From Hyphochytrium catenoides (taxonomy: Eukaryota; Protista; Hyphochytriomycota), in the NCBI GenBank assembly GCA_900088475.1, contig FLMG01004027.1, positions 1 to 37,771 of the forward strand: a stretch of 37,771 nucleotides of DNA, written 5' to 3'. Made by a program: the position numbers and the translations under genes. A model generated the notes under the pieces. That model was given only the letters and a program-made list of their open reading frames with translations, ran no database searches and was not told the origin of the DNA. Below, piece by piece: positions 35,330 through 37,771 of this stretch (positions within the stretch are counted from its first letter, which is position 1; every line of letters starts with the position of its first letter).

Positions 35330-35870
35330 CACCACCACCCTCACCATCAACATCGGAAGAAGAAGAAGAATCATAGTTGAAGTCTTCGGCGATAATGATA
35401 AGAGGCGGAGGAGGAGAAGAAGAAGAGGGCGTTTTGACACCGAAACCATCATCATCATCACGCTCAATCATGCAACCTACTAGAGGGGGGTCCAACTGCT
35501 GAAGAGGAATACGCTTCAGAATCTGTAGCGCATTCTCTTCATGACTCGTGAAAGAGGTTCTGGTATGAAGAGTCAGAGCGTTTGCCAAACGAGACCAATG
35601 ATAACAAGACGAGATACCTCCAGCGGCACGATCACACTGAAGCTATACCACTTGTTGAACAGAGTCCAAGAAATAGGGCATAGCACCACCAAAAGACTCC
35701 CAGAGTAGCGGCACAACGGTAGCCCCACTGCCTGGCAGGGACCCTCGTACTTCCTCAACTTCGCTTTCTCGGACAAATGACCTTGATAGCCGGCATGGAT
35801 TGCTGCATAATTTGTACAAGGAAAGCGGTTTTGCAAGGGCTAAGATCAAGCCAGACTAAAGCTCCGGCTG
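35330..35870 (-). mobile_element. Degenerate non-LTR retrotransposon fragment B: RLE C-terminus, paralogous to fragment A
   Basis: Reads GALVWLDLS...YAAIHAGYQGHLSEKAKLRKYEGPCQAVG..VVPLLWESFGGAMP...RTSFTSHEENALQILKR, with clear nucleotide similarity to 34640-34970. The 5' limit is uncertain. Confidence 0.78.
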
Positions 35871-37199
35871 GAATTGGCATCTTCAGAGAGGATACAACCT
35901 CCTCCTTCTTTCTAAGAGCAATGCTGATGGCTGCCGCACATCAAACTCAATGTATAGAAGAAGTGTACTTCTTAGCTTGCAACGGGTGGAAAATGGAAAG
36001 TGGATAGCTATAGCTTTCTTCTCCGTAGGTCCTCTTGTACAGATGCATGTACGAACCATGTAAACTTTTTCCTCCCTTTGGCACCACTAGATCTCCCAAG
36101 GCTTAGTTCTACTCTGTCTTGTGAAAGATCCGTTCTACAGTTTACTCTATTATAAAACCCTTGTAAAACAGTAGCAGTCCGCTGGTTAGTAGAACTAGTA
36201 TAAACAGTAGTAGAGTTACCAGCTTCGTTCGGGGGTTCAGCTAACCTTGCTCCGGCACACAAGGGCATACGGTGTCATATTATAGAACTACCAGCAATCA
36301 CGGAAAGAGCCGGATGACGATGACAAGGAAAGCGACCGTAATGATCGGGATCTCCCAGTCCATACTGGCTCTTCTGTTCTTCTTCCACCAGATGAAGGAA
36401 GAGTCCTCCGTACTTCCGCGGTGGTAACACAGTGCTGCTATTGCTGGTGTTGCCTACTACTAGATTTACTACTACATGAATACTAGTCAAGCACAAGCTT
36501 CGCTTGTCTGGCTCTCTTAGCATCCCGGACCACGACTCCGCCTCTTTATACAAATGCTTTGCAGTGGGTTATCTGTGGCGCCAGGCCCTTCTGGATTCGT
36601 CTGTAGCAGTGGCTCTCTCTCTCGCGAGGAAGAGACAAGAGAGATTCTTCTTCCAAAAGTATAACCTAACCTCTAGCCTAGCCCAAAGGACATCTTTGGT
36701 AACAGAGAAGGCTGGCTGCCTGCTGCTGGCTCTCTATCCGACATGATCTGGAGGTTTATTCTCCGGCCTCTGGCCACAAATAGCAGCGAGACCCCCAATC
36801 CGTCATGATATGCTACACAGGCGGACAGCGACATCTTTCATCATCAGCAATTTCCTGTCCTGTTGATGATAAGGGAAGGGCTAAAGTGGCACCGACGAGG
36901 ACGGCGTAGTAGCATTAGTGTCAGTCTTTGCTCTTCCAGAAGCTGTGGCCATATCAGACATCCATATGGTGTTGGCAAGTCTACGCCGGTGGGCCTGCCA
37001 GACGGCAATCTGCCGCGATGGCAACAGCCACGCCCTCCAAGCCCCCCCGTAACTGTCATCAAGGTCAAAGCTCTAAAGAAGGGAAAGAACAAGTAGAGCT
37101 TGAAGAGAGTAGGGCCGAGCACCCAATCAGACGATGCCAAATTCCTCCAGAGTCTCTTCGTGACTTCAAAATGTCTCAACCGCCGCACATGCATGTGAG

Positions 37200-37771
37200 T
37201 CGAAAGTACCATATGGACTCGCGGTGTAAGAATTGAAAGCATGGACAACGCGGCATCAGACAAGCCTGAGAGAGTATTATTATGGTTTTGCCTCGCGACC
37301 GAAAAATGCAGAGGAAGAAAAGACCGGTCAAGATCTCTGCCAGTGCTTCGACTAATGCGACGAATCACTTAGTAACGATCCATGATATTTAGAGCAAGAA
37401 ATCTGAGGCTATCTTCCAGAGCAAGGATACAAGGAAAGAGCAGGCTAATCTCCACGTCACCTCTGATCCGTATAAGCAAGGACCCCGGAGGTATTGGGCG
37501 GAAGGTTATGTGGGTAAGGATGCTTTATCAATAACTTGCTGCCTTTCAGCCTTTGTGGGGATGAGACAGTTCGAACCTTCTTTCGAACTGGCTGCACGCT
37601 TGACACCAATACCTCCAATGAACAACAAGGACGTCAAACGCCTCATTCCCGAACTCTACACTGCAACGAAGAAAGCCTTCATCAAATATCTACAGGATGT
37701 CAATGCAGATGCGGGACTACGAATGGTACACTTAAACCTTGATATCTGGACTTCCAAGGTCTCCAAGGACA
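37200..37771 (+). mobile_element. hAT-superfamily DNA transposase relic (BED finger plus first catalytic Asp), frameshifted, runs off the window
   Basis: IWTRG..WFCLATEKC /fs/ SASTNATNHLVTIHDI* (BED-like Cys2-His2; TAG at 37390) /fs/ FINNLLPFSLCGDETVRTFF /fs/ VKRLIPELY...VHLNLDIWTSK (D at 37741-37743, the hAT 'D.WT' motif). Three frameshifts and one stop. The element probably begins further upstream (~36.3-36.9 kb). Confidence 0.82.

Noticed and set aside
34932-35588. 218-aa ORF with a poly-Leu 'transmembrane' stretch
   Set aside because: Chimeric read-through of retroelement fragment B, a (CTT/CTC)n tract and fragment A; not a gene.
36844-37368. 174-aa minus-strand ORF with a GGLG motif, suggesting an RT thumb continuing fragment B
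   Set aside because: It overlaps the clearly recognisable plus-strand hAT BED finger and has no YxDD or other RT motif. Faint CRE-like words at 36500-36900 were too weak to call.
1-37771. Alternative genetic code (stop-codon reassignment)
   Set aside because: The reconstructed genes end in TGA, TAG and TAA, and the long ORFs have no in-frame stops. Internal stops occur only in decayed sequence.
1-37771. tRNA, rRNA, snRNA, Y-RNA or spliced-leader RNA genes
   Set aside because: None recognisable by eye. An Infernal/Rfam and tRNAscan-SE run would be needed to exclude them.

Overview
Eukaryotic, intron-rich genomic DNA, probably from a protist (lineage not determinable here). It has GT-AG introns with CTRAC-like branch points, heavy (CT)n/(GA)n microsatellite content and the standard genetic code. 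I reconstructed six protein-coding genes by hand from splice signals and remembered family motifs: (1) a 4-exon stand-alone SET-domain protein (+, 334-1967); (2) a DUF2828/VWA (TROVE/Ro60-like) protein in one long ORF (-, 2469-4820); (3) an 11-exon plant-type two-domain phosphoethanolamine N-methyltransferase (+, 7248-10992); (4) a ~15 kb multi-exon RME-8/DNAJC13-like gene (-, 11341-~26544); (5) an ODR-4 homolog (-, 27531-30160); (6) an intronless secreted class-3 lipase (-, 31700-33061). The right end holds transposon relics: two head-to-tail 3' fragments of RLE-type (CRE/R2-like) non-LTR retrotransposons and a frameshifted hAT transposase. Most notable: the RME-8 homolog appears to lack its J-domain, its GYF_2 domain and one IWN block; the first PMT domain keeps its SAM motif but has lost the phosphobase-binding motif; and the two RLE fragments differ mostly at synonymous sites, which suggests independent, possibly targeted insertions. 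No database searches were run, so all family assignments rest on motif recognition. Most short ORFs in the supplied track are intron, microsatellite or antisense artefacts.
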